Below are positions 50,430-60,910 of a stretch of 64,000 bases of DNA, piece by piece (the first letter of the stretch is position 1; each line of letters starts with the position of its first letter). Under the pieces are notes generated by a model. That model saw nothing but the letters and a program-made list of their open reading frames with translations. It was not told the DNA's origin and ran no database searches. The stretch comes from an uncultured Ignavibacteria bacterium. Lineage in GTDB: Bacteria; Zixibacteria; MSB-5A5; SM1-73. Where the stretch lies: NCBI GenBank assembly GCA_964348415.1, contig CAYGCR010000002.1, positions 25,069-89,068 on the forward strand, written 5' to 3'. Made by a program: the position numbers and the translations under genes.

Positions 50430-50944
50430 TTAAGTCCCTCAACCTTTCCCCGTTTCATCTCATCTAACAGTTGAGATATCAGCTGTCTGTCCTTTTCCTG
50501 ATCCAGCTTTTCCTGAATGATTCTCTCTGCCAGTTGCACGGTCATGTTGACCACGTCATCCCGCAGCTGCACCTTGGCTTTGTCTAGATCCCTCTGTATC
50601 TCTTCTCTGGTTTTGGTGACGATCTCTTTGGCTTCCTTCCTGGCGCTTTCCTTTATTTCATTTGCCAGGTTCTGCCCTTCCCTGCAGGCCTCTTGGATTC
50701 TTGCTCGAGCAAGAGAATCGATCTCCTTGAGCTTGATTTGATATTCAGAATGCAAGCTCTCCGTTTTCTTCCGCTCCTCTCCGATGCTGTCGAATTCCGA
50801 CTTTATGCGGTTTCTTCTCTCTTCAAGGATGGACAGAAGCGGTTTCCAGGCAAACCTCTTCAGAATGATGACGGCGATGACAAACCCGAGGATATGGGTA
50901 ATAATCTGACCTAGTTCAAGACCCATAGTCAGGCTCCTTGACAA
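50426..50944 (-). CDS. atpF: F1Fo ATP synthase subunit b.
   Basis: Single N-terminal TM helix followed by a long charged coiled-coil. Confidence 0.8.
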   Translation of the reverse strand: MSRSLTMGLELGQIITHILGFVIAVIILKRFAWKPLLSILEERRNRIKSEFDSIGEERKKTESLHSEYQIKLKEIDSLARARIQEACREGQNLANEIKESARKEAKEIVTKTREEIQRDLDKAKVQLRDDVVNMTVQLAERIIQEKLDQEKDRQLISQLLDEMKRGKVEGLK

Positions 50945-51041
50945 TTGCTAACGTCATACTGTAAGGACGCGTTTGGCACATCCGCCATCCAGCTTGCGTG
51001 GTCCACGGGGAAAAGAATGGCAGGCTGATCGTTATCCACTG

Positions 51042-51275
51042 TTATGAGATCTTTCCTTGCAGGACAAATACGGTAACCAGCGCATAGATGGTGAGTGCCT
51101 CGATCAGGGCACACCCAATTATCATGCCCAGCTGGATTTTCGCAGCCGCTTCCGGCTGTCGTCCCATGGCCTCCATGGCGGCGGAGACTGCCCGACCCAG
51201 CCCAAAGGCAGAACCCATGGCAGCAATGGCCAAGCCCAGGGGAAGAAATATGGCTAAAGCAGTTTGGTAAGGCAT
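51042..51275 (-). CDS. atpE: F1Fo ATP synthase subunit c.
   Basis: 77-aa two-helix hairpin with GxGxGxG packing (LGLAIAAMGSAFGLG) and an ion-binding Glu in helix 2. Confidence 0.88.
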   Translation of the reverse strand: MPYQTALAIFLPLGLAIAAMGSAFGLGRAVSAAMEAMGRQPEAAAKIQLGMIIGCALIEALTIYALVTVFVLQGKIS

Positions 51276-51312
51276 CTAACCTCCTTCTTTGGGTTATTTA
51301 TTAATCCAGTTT

Positions 51313-52173
51313 TCAATCTTCCTCATGCGGCAGCATCAGAGAAAAATATATCGTCGAAAGCAAAGTAAATACCAAAGCCTGGATGGTTCCGGTCAACAGG
51401 GCCAAAAAGAGGAAGGGTATCTCAAAGGGAATCCCCACCGGCAGATGAAGGAAGCTTAATGCGCTAACTCCGAGCCCCACAAATACGGTGATCAAAACAT
51501 CCTCCCCGGTGATGTTACCGAAAAGTCGGAGCGACAGGCTCATTGGCTTTGCCAGCTCCTCTATTATATGAATAGGTATGTTAATTGGCACCAGAAACCA
51601 GGTGACCACGTCCCTTGGATCGCCGGCCATGTGTCTGAGGTAGCCGAGAGGTCCCAAATTGCGTACGCCGGTGTACTGCACGTAGAAAAACACGCATATG
51701 GCTAGAGCGAGCGTAGTGTTCAAGTTGGCTGTGGGCGACTTCATTCCTGGAACCAGACCGAAGAAGTTCATACAAAGAATGTATACAAAAAGCGTACCCA
51801 GGAAGGGCGTGTATTTTCTGCCCTGTGGACCAAGAATCCCGCATACGAAATTGTCCAGCGCCTCCACGACCATCTCCACCGCGTTCTGCAGCTTTCCTGG
51901 CATGATGGACCTTTTCCTATATGCCAGGTATGCTACGATACACAAGATGATCACAACCAGCCAAGAGAAGATGACGTTTTCCCAATGATGGAGAAACGCG
52001 ACCAGGGCCACCTCTCCGAATTGGTGATAGAGAAAGGTGATGAAATTAGGCAGCTCCGGGGCCCCCTCTGGAGCTTTTTCCGTTGCGTGTTTTGCTACTT
52101 CCTCAACTAACAGCAAGTTCAAAGTCAACCGTTCCCTTTCTCGAACATCATTCCCCTCTCTTCGACGAGACAT
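51313..52173 (-). CDS. atpB: F1Fo ATP synthase subunit a.
   Basis: 5-6 TM helices, with the conserved Arg in the LSLSLRLFGNI motif. The true start may be internal to the 286-aa ORF. Confidence 0.85.
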   Translation of the reverse strand: MSRRREGNDVRERERLTLNLLLVEEVAKHATEKAPEGAPELPNFITFLYHQFGEVALVAFLHHWENVIFSWLVVIILCIVAYLAYRKRSIMPGKLQNAVEMVVEALDNFVCGILGPQGRKYTPFLGTLFVYILCMNFFGLVPGMKSPTANLNTTLALAICVFFYVQYTGVRNLGPLGYLRHMAGDPRDVVTWFLVPINIPIHIIEELAKPMSLSLRLFGNITGEDVLITVFVGLGVSALSFLHLPVGIPFEIPFLFLALLTGTIQALVFTLLSTIYFSLMLPHEED

Positions 52174-52224
52174 TTCAGGCTGAGCGGTCCGGCCTGCTTT
52201 TTCCTGGGTGCGGCGTGGGCGCGC

Positions 52225-52656
52225 TCAGGTTCCTCCTGTCTTCTGGCTTTCCACCCGATCGGTTGAAGCTACTTTCTTCTGTTCGCCTGAATCCAATGAC
52301 AGAATCCACCTTCCCAGGGCTTTCAGAAACATCACCAGGAATATAAGAGTGAATCCTGAGAGCAGACTAACCGGGGGGAAGTACCTTATCCTCAGAAGGA
52401 GATATCCTAAGAGATACAACAGAGGGAATTTCACCAAGGCTATCAGGATCACTTTGCCCTTGCTCACTTCTTTCCCGGGTGTGAAGACTTCAGTAATTAG
52501 GTGGGTCAAGAACAATAGATTCAGACATCCCCAGATAGTCCCCGCCAGAATCCCGCCACCGAATTTGAAGTCGTAATAAACGGTGACGAAAAGAAAACCC
52601 AAAGCAGCCAGTACCAGTGAGGTTCTTATCACCCTGTTAATGAATTCGACGCCCAT
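52225..52656 (-). CDS. atpI: ATP synthase protein I (AtpI-like membrane protein).
   Basis: 143-aa 4-TM protein immediately upstream of atpB. Called by position and hydropathy. Confidence 0.55.
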   Translation of the reverse strand: MGVEFINRVIRTSLVLAALGFLFVTVYYDFKFGGGILAGTIWGCLNLLFLTHLITEVFTPGKEVSKGKVILIALVKFPLLYLLGYLLLRIRYFPPVSLLSGFTLIFLVMFLKALGRWILSLDSGEQKKVASTDRVESQKTGGT

Positions 52657-52681
52657 TATGGCAAACGCTATCTTTTCTACT

Positions 52682-52906
52682 TTACTGACTTGCTTTCTTA
52701 ATCAGATTGTAGACACCCTTTCCCGCAGCCGCAAATCCAAAGAATATAAAGACTACCATCAGATAGGGGGCAGTATCCAGTTTTCTGTCTAGGAAATCTC
52801 CGATGTAGTAGCCCAGGATGGGCCCAACCGCCATCAGAATGGGTATGGTAGTCAAAATCCCGACCTGTCGGTAAGCGGAATACTTATCATCCGGTTTTTG
52901 GTTCAC
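52682..52906 (-). CDS. atpZ: AtpZ-family small membrane protein.
   Basis: 74-aa two-TM protein upstream of atpI. The AtpZ/AtpI family pattern: GILTTIPILMAVGPILGYYIGDFLD. Confidence 0.5.
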   Translation of the reverse strand: MNQKPDDKYSAYRQVGILTTIPILMAVGPILGYYIGDFLDRKLDTAPYLMVVFIFFGFAAAGKGVYNLIKKASQ

Positions 52907-53236
52907 GCTCGCAGAATGCTCAATTTTCCTTTATCGCCCGACTTTTGACCGAACGACCTTCGTTAAAAGGTCTTTTATTATAATAACTCCGACACCCCAA
53001 GTCAAGCACTTTTGGGCCTGCCCGGCACCAGAATTGTTCAGGGCCAGGTGGCATTCACATCGACTGGGGGCAAGCCGCCCGGTTCAACTAGAAAGAGATC
53101 GGGTCAGAAAAACGTTAACGATCGGGCCTGACCACATGATATGATCCTGTGCATAAACAAAGACTCCAGCGATGAAACAGGGAAGAGGAGGATGGGGATT
53201 TCTGCGCCGGAGTTCGAGGGAAAGGTTGGTCGGAGC

Positions 53237-54334
53237 TTAAGTGTTCTCAGAGGCGGCAGGGCGTCGGCCTTTGTGACCTTCGCGATCCAACCGCTGGATC
53301 ACGGCTTTTATCAATATGGGCCAGGCGATAGTGGCATCACACAGTACCTCTGCCCAGCGTCCGCCTTCTCCTTTGGGCACGAATTTCCCCCAGGAGACAC
53401 CTTCACTGTAAGTGCAGCCGGAAAGCCCACCCCAATGGACGGGTTCCGGGCAGATTCTCACCGCGTACCTGAAACGATTCAACTCACGTCCCTCTCCAAA
53501 TCTGCGAAAGATAGCCTCAAGATACGGTCCAACCTGTTGGCTCCAGTTCCTGGGAACTCCTCCTCCGATGGTGAAGACACCGGTGCGTCTTGCCTTCTGA
53601 ACTCTTTTAGTATAGTCTTCCAGGTCCAGAAAAGGGTCAAATCGAAGGGGGGGCTTGCCTTGCTCCTGTCTTATCCGATTGTAGATGGAGAAATCCAAAC
53701 CCAACTCTGAGTCAGTAAAAGCAGGAATGTACACTGGCACCCCCTTCTCCCAGGCACTCTTGAGTATTCCCCGTCCCTTGTCGTTTTTCGAAAGATATTC
53801 TCCCACTTTCCGCAAGAGGTGGAGAGTCGAGCAAGGGACGCTCTGGTCAATATCCTGCCAAATCTTGTCCAGAATCAGCCCGGCGTTCCTCAGATTCTTT
53901 TCCGCCTCGATAGTGTCGTAGACTCTGTTATAACCGTGTCTGTAGAGCTTATCGTCCGTCCAGGTTCCCTCGCTTTTAAAGTGAGGACAACCTACATTCT
54001 CCACCAGGCCGTGCATCACCAGAGCCCCGGTGCAAACCACCGCGTCCAAAAAGCCCCGATCGATCATCTCACACAACACCAACCCCATCTTGGCCATGGT
54101 CATGGCTCCGGAGAACGTGCCCACGATGAAGCAATCGGGGTCCTTTAGCATGGCAGTATAAACTTCTAAAGCCTCCCCCAGGTTTCTCGCTCCGAAGGCG
54201 GTATCTCCCATCTGGACCAACAATTCCTCAAAGCTGTTCGCCTCCGATAAGTCCAGCGCCCGCAGGGGCTTGAATCCATGAGAAAAGCCGTTCCCGAAAT
54301 CGTCAACCCGTCGTATCTTGTCGTTTTCACTCAT
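53237..54334 (-). CDS. Deoxyhypusine synthase family protein (homospermidine synthase-like).
   Basis: The deoxyhypusine-synthase-family motifs are present across the N-terminal half: CFIVGTFSGAMTMAKMGLVLCEMIDRGFLDAVVCTGALVMHGL. Confidence 0.6.
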   Translation of the reverse strand: MSENDKIRRVDDFGNGFSHGFKPLRALDLSEANSFEELLVQMGDTAFGARNLGEALEVYTAMLKDPDCFIVGTFSGAMTMAKMGLVLCEMIDRGFLDAVVCTGALVMHGLVENVGCPHFKSEGTWTDDKLYRHGYNRVYDTIEAEKNLRNAGLILDKIWQDIDQSVPCSTLHLLRKVGEYLSKNDKGRGILKSAWEKGVPVYIPAFTDSELGLDFSIYNRIRQEQGKPPLRFDPFLDLEDYTKRVQKARRTGVFTIGGGVPRNWSQQVGPYLEAIFRRFGEGRELNRFRYAVRICPEPVHWGGLSGCTYSEGVSWGKFVPKGEGGRWAEVLCDATIAWPILIKAVIQRLDREGHKGRRPAASENT

Positions 54335-54836
54335 GGCTATGGGTATTTGTGCTGCAACTTGCTTCGACCAGATTTTTCCTTCTCTTCACAATTTTTGATA
54401 TTATAGTCCTCGGCACATGCCAAGTCAAGGCTTTTCTGCATGATAAGTCCGGGTCCCAGATACTGAGCAAACTCGCGAGGCTAGGTGAGTGCTTTTTGCC
54501 GTTGTTCACGTCATGCTGCTCAGGGTTGGAGAGCATGTGCTAGCGTTGGCTTCGTACTTTTGAGCACAAACCAGATCTGAACGTGCCAAGATTAGACAAG
54601 GCGCTTTAATGGCCCAATCGTTATAAAAGGCCAAGGTCGCTGACCAGCCCTCAATCGGTTTTGACCGAGCACGGGAGACAAAAAGAGGATAGTCAGTCAA
54701 GCATCAAAAGGGAAGTTTCCTTGCTTAACCAGCTATCCTCGGAAAGATGGTTTGCAGATTTCCTGCCCCATATTTTTATCGGCAGTCTGATCGGTTACTT
54801 TACAGTCGAAACCTCTGTGCAGTCGGTGTCGAGGTC

Positions 54837-55235
54837 TCACCCTTCCATCAGTTTCACTATGACCTTCCGGCTGCGCGGTCCGTCGAACTCACAGAAGAAG
54901 ATTCCTTGCCAGGTGCCCAACACCAGACTTCCTCCGTCTACCAGAAGAGTCTCTGAAGCGCCGACAACGCTGGACTTTATGTGAGCGGCGGCATTGCCCT
55001 CCAGATGGGAGTAATTGTCGTCGAACGGAATAACCTTATTCAGCTCAGAGACGATGTCGCTTCTGACAGAGGGATCGGCGTTCTCGTTAATGGTTACCGC
55101 GGCTGTGGTATGCGGGACGTATACGGTGCAAACGCCCGATTTCATCTCGCTTTCGGAGATTACCTTCTGCACCACGTGAGTAATGTCGGTCAGCTCAACT
55201 CGCCTTGAAGTTCTCACGCTCAGCTGCTTTATCAT
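54837..55235 (-). CDS. YjbQ/UPF0047-family protein (secondary thiamine-phosphate synthase-like).
   Basis: Typical YjbQ pattern: ELTDITHVVQKVISES..GVCTVYVPHTTAAVTINENADP...HIKSSVVGASETLLVDGGSLVLGTWQGIFFCEFDGPR. Confidence 0.75.
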   Translation of the reverse strand: MIKQLSVRTSRRVELTDITHVVQKVISESEMKSGVCTVYVPHTTAAVTINENADPSVRSDIVSELNKVIPFDDNYSHLEGNAAAHIKSSVVGASETLLVDGGSLVLGTWQGIFFCEFDGPRSRKVIVKLMEG

Positions 55236-55303
55236 AGGACCACCCTTCTTGTTGATAAGAGTAAATAGACGTTCTCTAGAAAGTGCGATTTCACGTCAGC
55301 CCC

Positions 55304-56254
55304 TTAAGCAAACAAGGCCTCGGCGAACCAGACCGGATCGAATCTCTGGAAATCGTCCGGCTTTTCGCCCAGTCCGATATACTTCACCGGAACCTGGAAT
55401 TGGTCAGCAATGGCAATCATTATTCCCCCTTTGGCAGTCCCGTCCAGCTTGGTCAAGAAGATTCCCGTAACTCCGACCGCATCTCTGAACATTCTCACTT
55501 GAGATAAGCCATTCTGTCCGGTGGTGGCATCTATCACCAGCAGAACCTCGTGCGGTGCGCCGGGTAGGGCTTTTCCCATTACCCTTTGTATCTTTTTGAG
55601 CTCTTCCATGAGATTGACCTTGGTGTGAAGCCTTCCCGCGGTATCTGCTATTACCACATCCAATCCTCTGGCACCAGCAGACTTTATGGCGTCGAAGGCT
55701 ACTGACGCCGGGTCCTGACTGGGCATGCTTCTGACCATCTCCACTCCCACCCTCTCCGCCCAGATGGAAAGCTGCTCGCCAGCTGCCGCTCTGAAGGTGT
55801 CGCATGCCGCCACCAGAACCTTCTTCCCTTGATCCTTGTAATCCTTGGCCAACTTGGCGATGGAAGTGGTCTTCCCCGTGCCGTTGACTCCCACCATCAT
55901 GATCACGTGAGGAGATGAGAGATTGTCGCCAGAAACTCCTCGGGTAGCCAGAATGGAGGCGACTTGGTCTTTAAGAAGCTCGGTGACTTTTTCCGAAGTC
56001 TCAATCTTATTCTTGAGTGCTTCGCTTCTTAAGCCCTCGATTATCTTAGCCGTGGTTGACGGCCCCACGTCTGCCTTGATCAAAATCTCGTCTAGATCAT
56101 CTAACAGTTGTTTGTCAATCTTTTTGTGCAGCCCCACCGCTTCAGAGATTCTTCCCAGAAGATTTCCCTTGGTTTTGGAAAGACCGGACTTCAGCTTTTC
56201 AAATGATAATTTCATTAATGCTTCGGTTTTTGGAGCTTGGTTTCTGGATGGCAA
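55304..56254 (-). CDS. ftsY: Signal recognition particle receptor FtsY.
   Basis: SRP54-type GTPase with an N-domain: G1 GVNGTGKTTSIAKLA, DTAGR, TKLDGTAKGG. Confidence 0.88.
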   Translation of the reverse strand: MPSRNQAPKTEALMKLSFEKLKSGLSKTKGNLLGRISEAVGLHKKIDKQLLDDLDEILIKADVGPSTTAKIIEGLRSEALKNKIETSEKVTELLKDQVASILATRGVSGDNLSSPHVIMMVGVNGTGKTTSIAKLAKDYKDQGKKVLVAACDTFRAAAGEQLSIWAERVGVEMVRSMPSQDPASVAFDAIKSAGARGLDVVIADTAGRLHTKVNLMEELKKIQRVMGKALPGAPHEVLLVIDATTGQNGLSQVRMFRDAVGVTGIFLTKLDGTAKGGIMIAIADQFQVPVKYIGLGEKPDDFQRFDPVWFAEALFA

Positions 56255-56278
56255 TCGTGTTGAGGCAGCGCAAAAACC

Positions 56279-59200
56279 CTATTTCGTGATCAACTCGCGC
56301 TCTTCTAATTTCACCGAGACGATCCTCGATACTCCCGGCTGTTCCATGGTGACTCCGTAGAGGATGTCCGCCGCCTCCATGGTGAGTTTGTTGTGAGTAA
56401 TAAGGATGAATTGAGTATTTGCGCTGAAGTGTTTGATCAGCTTTAAAAATCTGGTGATGTTTGCATCATCCAGGGGGGCATCCACCTCGTCTAAGATGCA
56501 GAACGGACTGGGCTTCACCAGATAGATGGCAAAAAGCAGAGCGATGGCGGTCAAGGCTTTCTCTCCGCCAGAGAGTTGAGAGATGTTTAGAAGTCTTTTG
56601 CCATATGGACGGGCAGATATCCGGACCGGAGACTCCAAAGGGTCGGCTGCTTCTGATAAGCTCAAATCAGTCTCCCCCCCGTCAAATAGCTCCTCGAAGA
56701 CTTTCTGGAAGTTATGCTTGATCTGGTCGAATGTCTGCGAGAAGAGCGATCTGGCCGTGTTGTTGATCTTGAGGATAGTGGAGGTCAAGGTTTCCTTGGC
56801 TTCAGTTAAGTCCCTGACCTGACTTTGAAGAAAGTCCAATCTCTGCTTAGCAGACTGATATTCTTCCAAGGCCAGGAGATTCACCGGCCCTACAGATTTA
56901 AGTTTCTCTTTCAAAACGTTCACCCTCTCCTTCAGGTTCTGCGTCTCCTCTATCTCCAAGCAGGCTGAAGGCTGCAGTTTTTCCAAATCCAATTGGTACT
57001 CCTCGGAGATTCTGTCTTTGGCACTTTTGGCCCGGGAGGACAATTCCGCCATTTCCATTTCGAGTTGATGTGCCTGATCCCGTACTTTTTCTTTGATATC
57101 TCGTGATGCTTTTAGATTTTTCTCTTTCAGCTTCAGGCTCTCCTGCCACTGAGTTTGGTTTTCTACGATAGCGTTTAAATTCGCCTTATGCTCCTGGATT
57201 ATCTCAAACGTCTCCTTAAGCTCTTTCTCCGCTTCAATGGTTGTCCGGTCGATCTTTCTTATTTCGGCGCGTGAATCTTCACACTCTTTTTTCTTTGCTG
57301 CCTGAGCGTTTTTTATCTCCGAGATAAGCTCCGAGACTCTGTCTTGCTCGTTTCTTATCTGTTCTTCTTTCCCCTGCATGGAGACCATTTCGATTTTGAG
57401 TTGGTTTACTTTTCTGAAAGTCTCTGTATGAAAAGCTTCTGTTTCCTCCAATAGCTGTTTTTCTTCTTCCAGTTGGGATGATAACTTTTCTGTCTGGCCA
57501 GCAAGTTCGTCTATATTCTGCTTCAGCGTTTTACCTTTCCGGTTAAGCTCTGCTATTTTGTCTTTGGTGCTCTGACCCAGTTCTTCCAGTTCCTCTCGCC
57601 GTTTCTGCAGGCTGGTGCTTTCAAACTCGAGGGTCTTAAACTCGATCTCAGATTGCTGCGTCTCCCTTGTACACTCTTCGCTCTCGGCCGAGATTTGGGA
57701 AAGGGTCTTTTGGAGTTCCTCGCTTTCGCTTTCCTTGTCCTTCTTGTGGGCTTCTATCTGATTGAGCTTCTGGGTCAATTGGGTTACCTGTTCTTCCAGT
57801 TTTCTAATCTCGAGCTCTCTTCCCAGAAGAGAAAGCTCTTTGGGCGAACCTCCGGAAACAGCGCCTTCCGTTTTGAGCATCTCTCCCTCCAGCGTCACCA
57901 GATGATAGCCTGGCCGCATCTTGGCGGAAAGCGCCAAAGCCTGATCCAGGGTTCTCACCACGATCACCTTGGCCAGAAGAAGGTCTGCCAGCTTCTTGAA
58001 ATCCTGCCCGCACTCCACCAAATCGGAAGCCCATCCGATGGCCTCCGGGAAACCATTCAGAGGAATTCCGTTTGAGTCGATGTTTACGGCATTTATCCTA
58101 TCCAGGGGGAGGAAAGTTGCTCTCCCCGCCTTCTGACTTTTCAGATGGTGGATGGCATTCAGAGCTGACTGCACATCCTGACAGACTATGAACTGAAGAG
58201 AAGCCCCCAACGCGGACTCGACCGCTTTTAGGTATTCAGGCGGGGTGGTGATGAGGTTGGCCACCGTATCGACGATCCCGGAAAGGCGTTGCTTGCCGGA
58301 TAGCACGGACCTTTCACCTGTGCCGTATCCTTCGTAATGCTCAGTTATCTTTCGTAGCATCTCCAGCCTGGCTTTCTCTCCATCCAAAGCTGATCTTATT
58401 CTCTCCGCCTCCGAGTTAAGCTTAGCCAAATCTGACTGGTTGCTCTCGACGCGTTCCTTAAGAAGTCTCACTTGCCCCATCTTGCCCGCCAGCAACTGCT
58501 TTCTATCTTTATCCTCTGAAGCTAGGTTCGTAAGTTTCGCCGAGATATCACGGATCCTTCGTTCAACCGACCGGGTTTCTTCAGTCAAGATGCTTTCACG
58601 CTGCTTAAGCTCTTCAATTTGGGTATTGGTATTCTCTTTTTCACTTGCCAACCTGCTTGTGTTGCTGTTCAACTCCTGCAGCTCTTCCGAAAGTCTTTCC
58701 AGCTTTCCTTTGACCTGCTGAAGCTTCTCATCGTTGGCCAGAAGCACCTCCTCTTCGGTTTCACAGGCCTTCTTTTTGGAGTCGATTTCGGCGATAAGCT
58801 GATTTAGCTTTTCTGCCTTTTCTTCCTTTTGACGTATTTCACAGGACAGCCGGATGCTCAGGTTTTCCAACTCTTGGCTGTTTTTGTCGATCAGCTTTTC
58901 CAGATTGGCCCTCCGTTCTCGATTTACCGAAATGTCCCGCTCGAGCTGAAAGCCCTTCTCGGAAAGCTCCGTGATCCTTCTCTGGGCGGAGCCTGATTGC
59001 TTCTCTGCCTCCAAAAGCCTTAGCCTTAGCTCTTCAAGCTCGGCCTCCTCTTTATCCAGATCGGAACTGGTCTTGCGGGCTTGGTCTGCCGTGATCCGGA
59101 GTTTGTCCTCCAGTTCCTTTTCTTGAAGCTTCAGGATCTGGAACTCATTCTGGCTTAGTTTAATCTCAAGTTCTCTGACCTCTTCAGTCAGTTTTCTGTA

Positions 59201-59863
59201 TCTCTCAGCCTTGCCTTTTTGCCGCCTGAGTGAATTAGCTTGTTTTTCCACCTCCGCCAGTATGTCACCCAGTCGCAGAAGATCATTCTCGGTATGCTCC
59301 AGTTTTCTTTCAGCCTCCTTTTTTCGAACTTTGTACTTGGTGATCCCTGCAGCTTCCTCAAACATGAAGCGCCTTTCCTCCGCCTTCTCAGACAGGATAG
59401 CTTCCACCATTTCAGGTTGTATTACCGAATAGGCGTGGATTCCCACGCCGGTATCTAGGAATAGCTCGGTGATGTCTTTCAACCGGCATGGGGCCTTGTT
59501 AAGCAGATATTCGCTTTCTCCAGAGCGAAAAAGGCGGCGGGTTACGGTAACCTGGTTATAATCAATGGGCAGAAGTCCGCTGGTATTCTCAATCACCAAA
59601 GTCACCTCCGCCATCCCCAGAGGCTTGAGATCTTTGGTGCCGCTGAAGATTACTTCCTCCATCCTGGAGGATCGCAAAAGGGTGGTCCTCTGCTCTCCCA
59701 ACACCCATCTCAGGGCATCCAGTATGTTGGTTTTACCACATCCGTTGGGCCCCACGATGGCAGTGATCTCCCGGTCAAAATGAAATTCCGTCTTTTGAGG
59801 GAAAGATTTGAAACCCAGGATCTGAAGCTTGGACAGAAACATATGCTCCTTCCGTGAACTCAC
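56279..59863 (-). CDS. smc: Chromosome partition protein SMC.
   Basis: 1194 aa, with the N-terminal Walker A GPNGCGKTNILDAL, long coiled coils, a hinge, and the C-terminal LSGGEKALTAIALLFAI signature plus Walker B ILDEVDAPLD. Confidence 0.9.
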   Translation of the reverse strand: MSSRKEHMFLSKLQILGFKSFPQKTEFHFDREITAIVGPNGCGKTNILDALRWVLGEQRTTLLRSSRMEEVIFSGTKDLKPLGMAEVTLVIENTSGLLPIDYNQVTVTRRLFRSGESEYLLNKAPCRLKDITELFLDTGVGIHAYSVIQPEMVEAILSEKAEERRFMFEEAAGITKYKVRKKEAERKLEHTENDLLRLGDILAEVEKQANSLRRQKGKAERYRKLTEEVRELEIKLSQNEFQILKLQEKELEDKLRITADQARKTSSDLDKEEAELEELRLRLLEAEKQSGSAQRRITELSEKGFQLERDISVNRERRANLEKLIDKNSQELENLSIRLSCEIRQKEEKAEKLNQLIAEIDSKKKACETEEEVLLANDEKLQQVKGKLERLSEELQELNSNTSRLASEKENTNTQIEELKQRESILTEETRSVERRIRDISAKLTNLASEDKDRKQLLAGKMGQVRLLKERVESNQSDLAKLNSEAERIRSALDGEKARLEMLRKITEHYEGYGTGERSVLSGKQRLSGIVDTVANLITTPPEYLKAVESALGASLQFIVCQDVQSALNAIHHLKSQKAGRATFLPLDRINAVNIDSNGIPLNGFPEAIGWASDLVECGQDFKKLADLLLAKVIVVRTLDQALALSAKMRPGYHLVTLEGEMLKTEGAVSGGSPKELSLLGRELEIRKLEEQVTQLTQKLNQIEAHKKDKESESEELQKTLSQISAESEECTRETQQSEIEFKTLEFESTSLQKRREELEELGQSTKDKIAELNRKGKTLKQNIDELAGQTEKLSSQLEEEKQLLEETEAFHTETFRKVNQLKIEMVSMQGKEEQIRNEQDRVSELISEIKNAQAAKKKECEDSRAEIRKIDRTTIEAEKELKETFEIIQEHKANLNAIVENQTQWQESLKLKEKNLKASRDIKEKVRDQAHQLEMEMAELSSRAKSAKDRISEEYQLDLEKLQPSACLEIEETQNLKERVNVLKEKLKSVGPVNLLALEEYQSAKQRLDFLQSQVRDLTEAKETLTSTILKINNTARSLFSQTFDQIKHNFQKVFEELFDGGETDLSLSEAADPLESPVRISARPYGKRLLNISQLSGGEKALTAIALLFAIYLVKPSPFCILDEVDAPLDDANITRFLKLIKHFSANTQFILITHNKLTMEAADILYGVTMEQPGVSRIVSVKLEERELITK

Positions 59864-60483
59864 AGAGAATTCGGCCTTGCCTTTTCGCTTGGGCCCAACA
59901 GAGTTCTTAGCATCTTTATCATGCCTTCGTATACCTCTCTGGAGCCGAGCCTATCCTCAAATACCGCCAGTTGAATATTATAAAGAGGGTAGGCATTCTT
60001 TCTCTTCGGACCTATGCGTAACGGAACCTTGCATTTGAAGCAAAGGTAACGATTAAAGAATCCGTCCTTTAAATCCAGATCCAGGGAAATGCCAAACTGG
60101 TACGCGCTCAGTTTTTCAATGAACTTCCTCCGGGGGAGAAAAAACACATTCAGATCTTCTTGCTGGGCACAGATCACTCGATATTTGCTGGAGTCAGAGA
60201 GATACCCTTTTGCGTGCAGAAAGGGCAGAAGTACGAAAATCTTTCTCCCTTCAAAGATATCCACAAAAGCGGAGAGAAGATCTCTGGCCATGGCAAAGCG
60301 GTCTACGTCTGCGGGCATGCATATTAGTACGCTCTGGGAATCTTTCACTTTCTGCTTGAAGGAAAAAGCCTCGGGCTTGAAACGTAACCCGCTGAGCCAA
60401 CTTAGAACCATTCTGGCAAAAGGACTAACCCTTATTGGCTTCATTTTCTCCATCTTCAATTCAAAGCTCAAAAACTTTCGCAA
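59860..60483 (-). CDS. Hypothetical protein, translationally coupled to smc.
   Basis: 207-aa ORF whose stop overlaps the smc start by 4 nt. No family was recognised. Confidence 0.4.
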   Translation of the reverse strand: MRKFLSFELKMEKMKPIRVSPFARMVLSWLSGLRFKPEAFSFKQKVKDSQSVLICMPADVDRFAMARDLLSAFVDIFEGRKIFVLLPFLHAKGYLSDSSKYRVICAQQEDLNVFFLPRRKFIEKLSAYQFGISLDLDLKDGFFNRYLCFKCKVPLRIGPKRKNAYPLYNIQLAVFEDRLGSREVYEGMIKMLRTLLGPSEKARPNSL

Positions 60484-60910
60484 AATATAACTTAGACTGA
60501 GCTTTTAGTCAAGTGGCGGTCAAAAAAATATGGCGTTCCTCGCCAGCGGTCTCCATTGCCCGGCCACCGCTATTCAATCTCGGTCTATTCTGTTTGTCCT
60601 TTGCCGTCCTATGCTTATTCTGGTTCACCTGGATGGTGACGGACAGGGGAAAGTGACAGATAGCGAGGCCTTTGAGGATTCCCATCACTACCCAAAGATT
60701 CTTTTCTGGAGAAGGAGATCAGTGAGACAAACAATGACGCTTCGATTGGAATTCCGTGAGTTTTGGTTTGTGGAATCAGATTAGGTCTGATAAGGTCTTC
60801 GGGCGCATCAGAGTAACAGATAGCCGCAAGCATCATTCTTGCGCAGAGCTAGACCCGGAGTGATTTTCCACGAAGCCGTAGTCCTTTGTCTATTCGCAGA
60901 ACGGATGATC

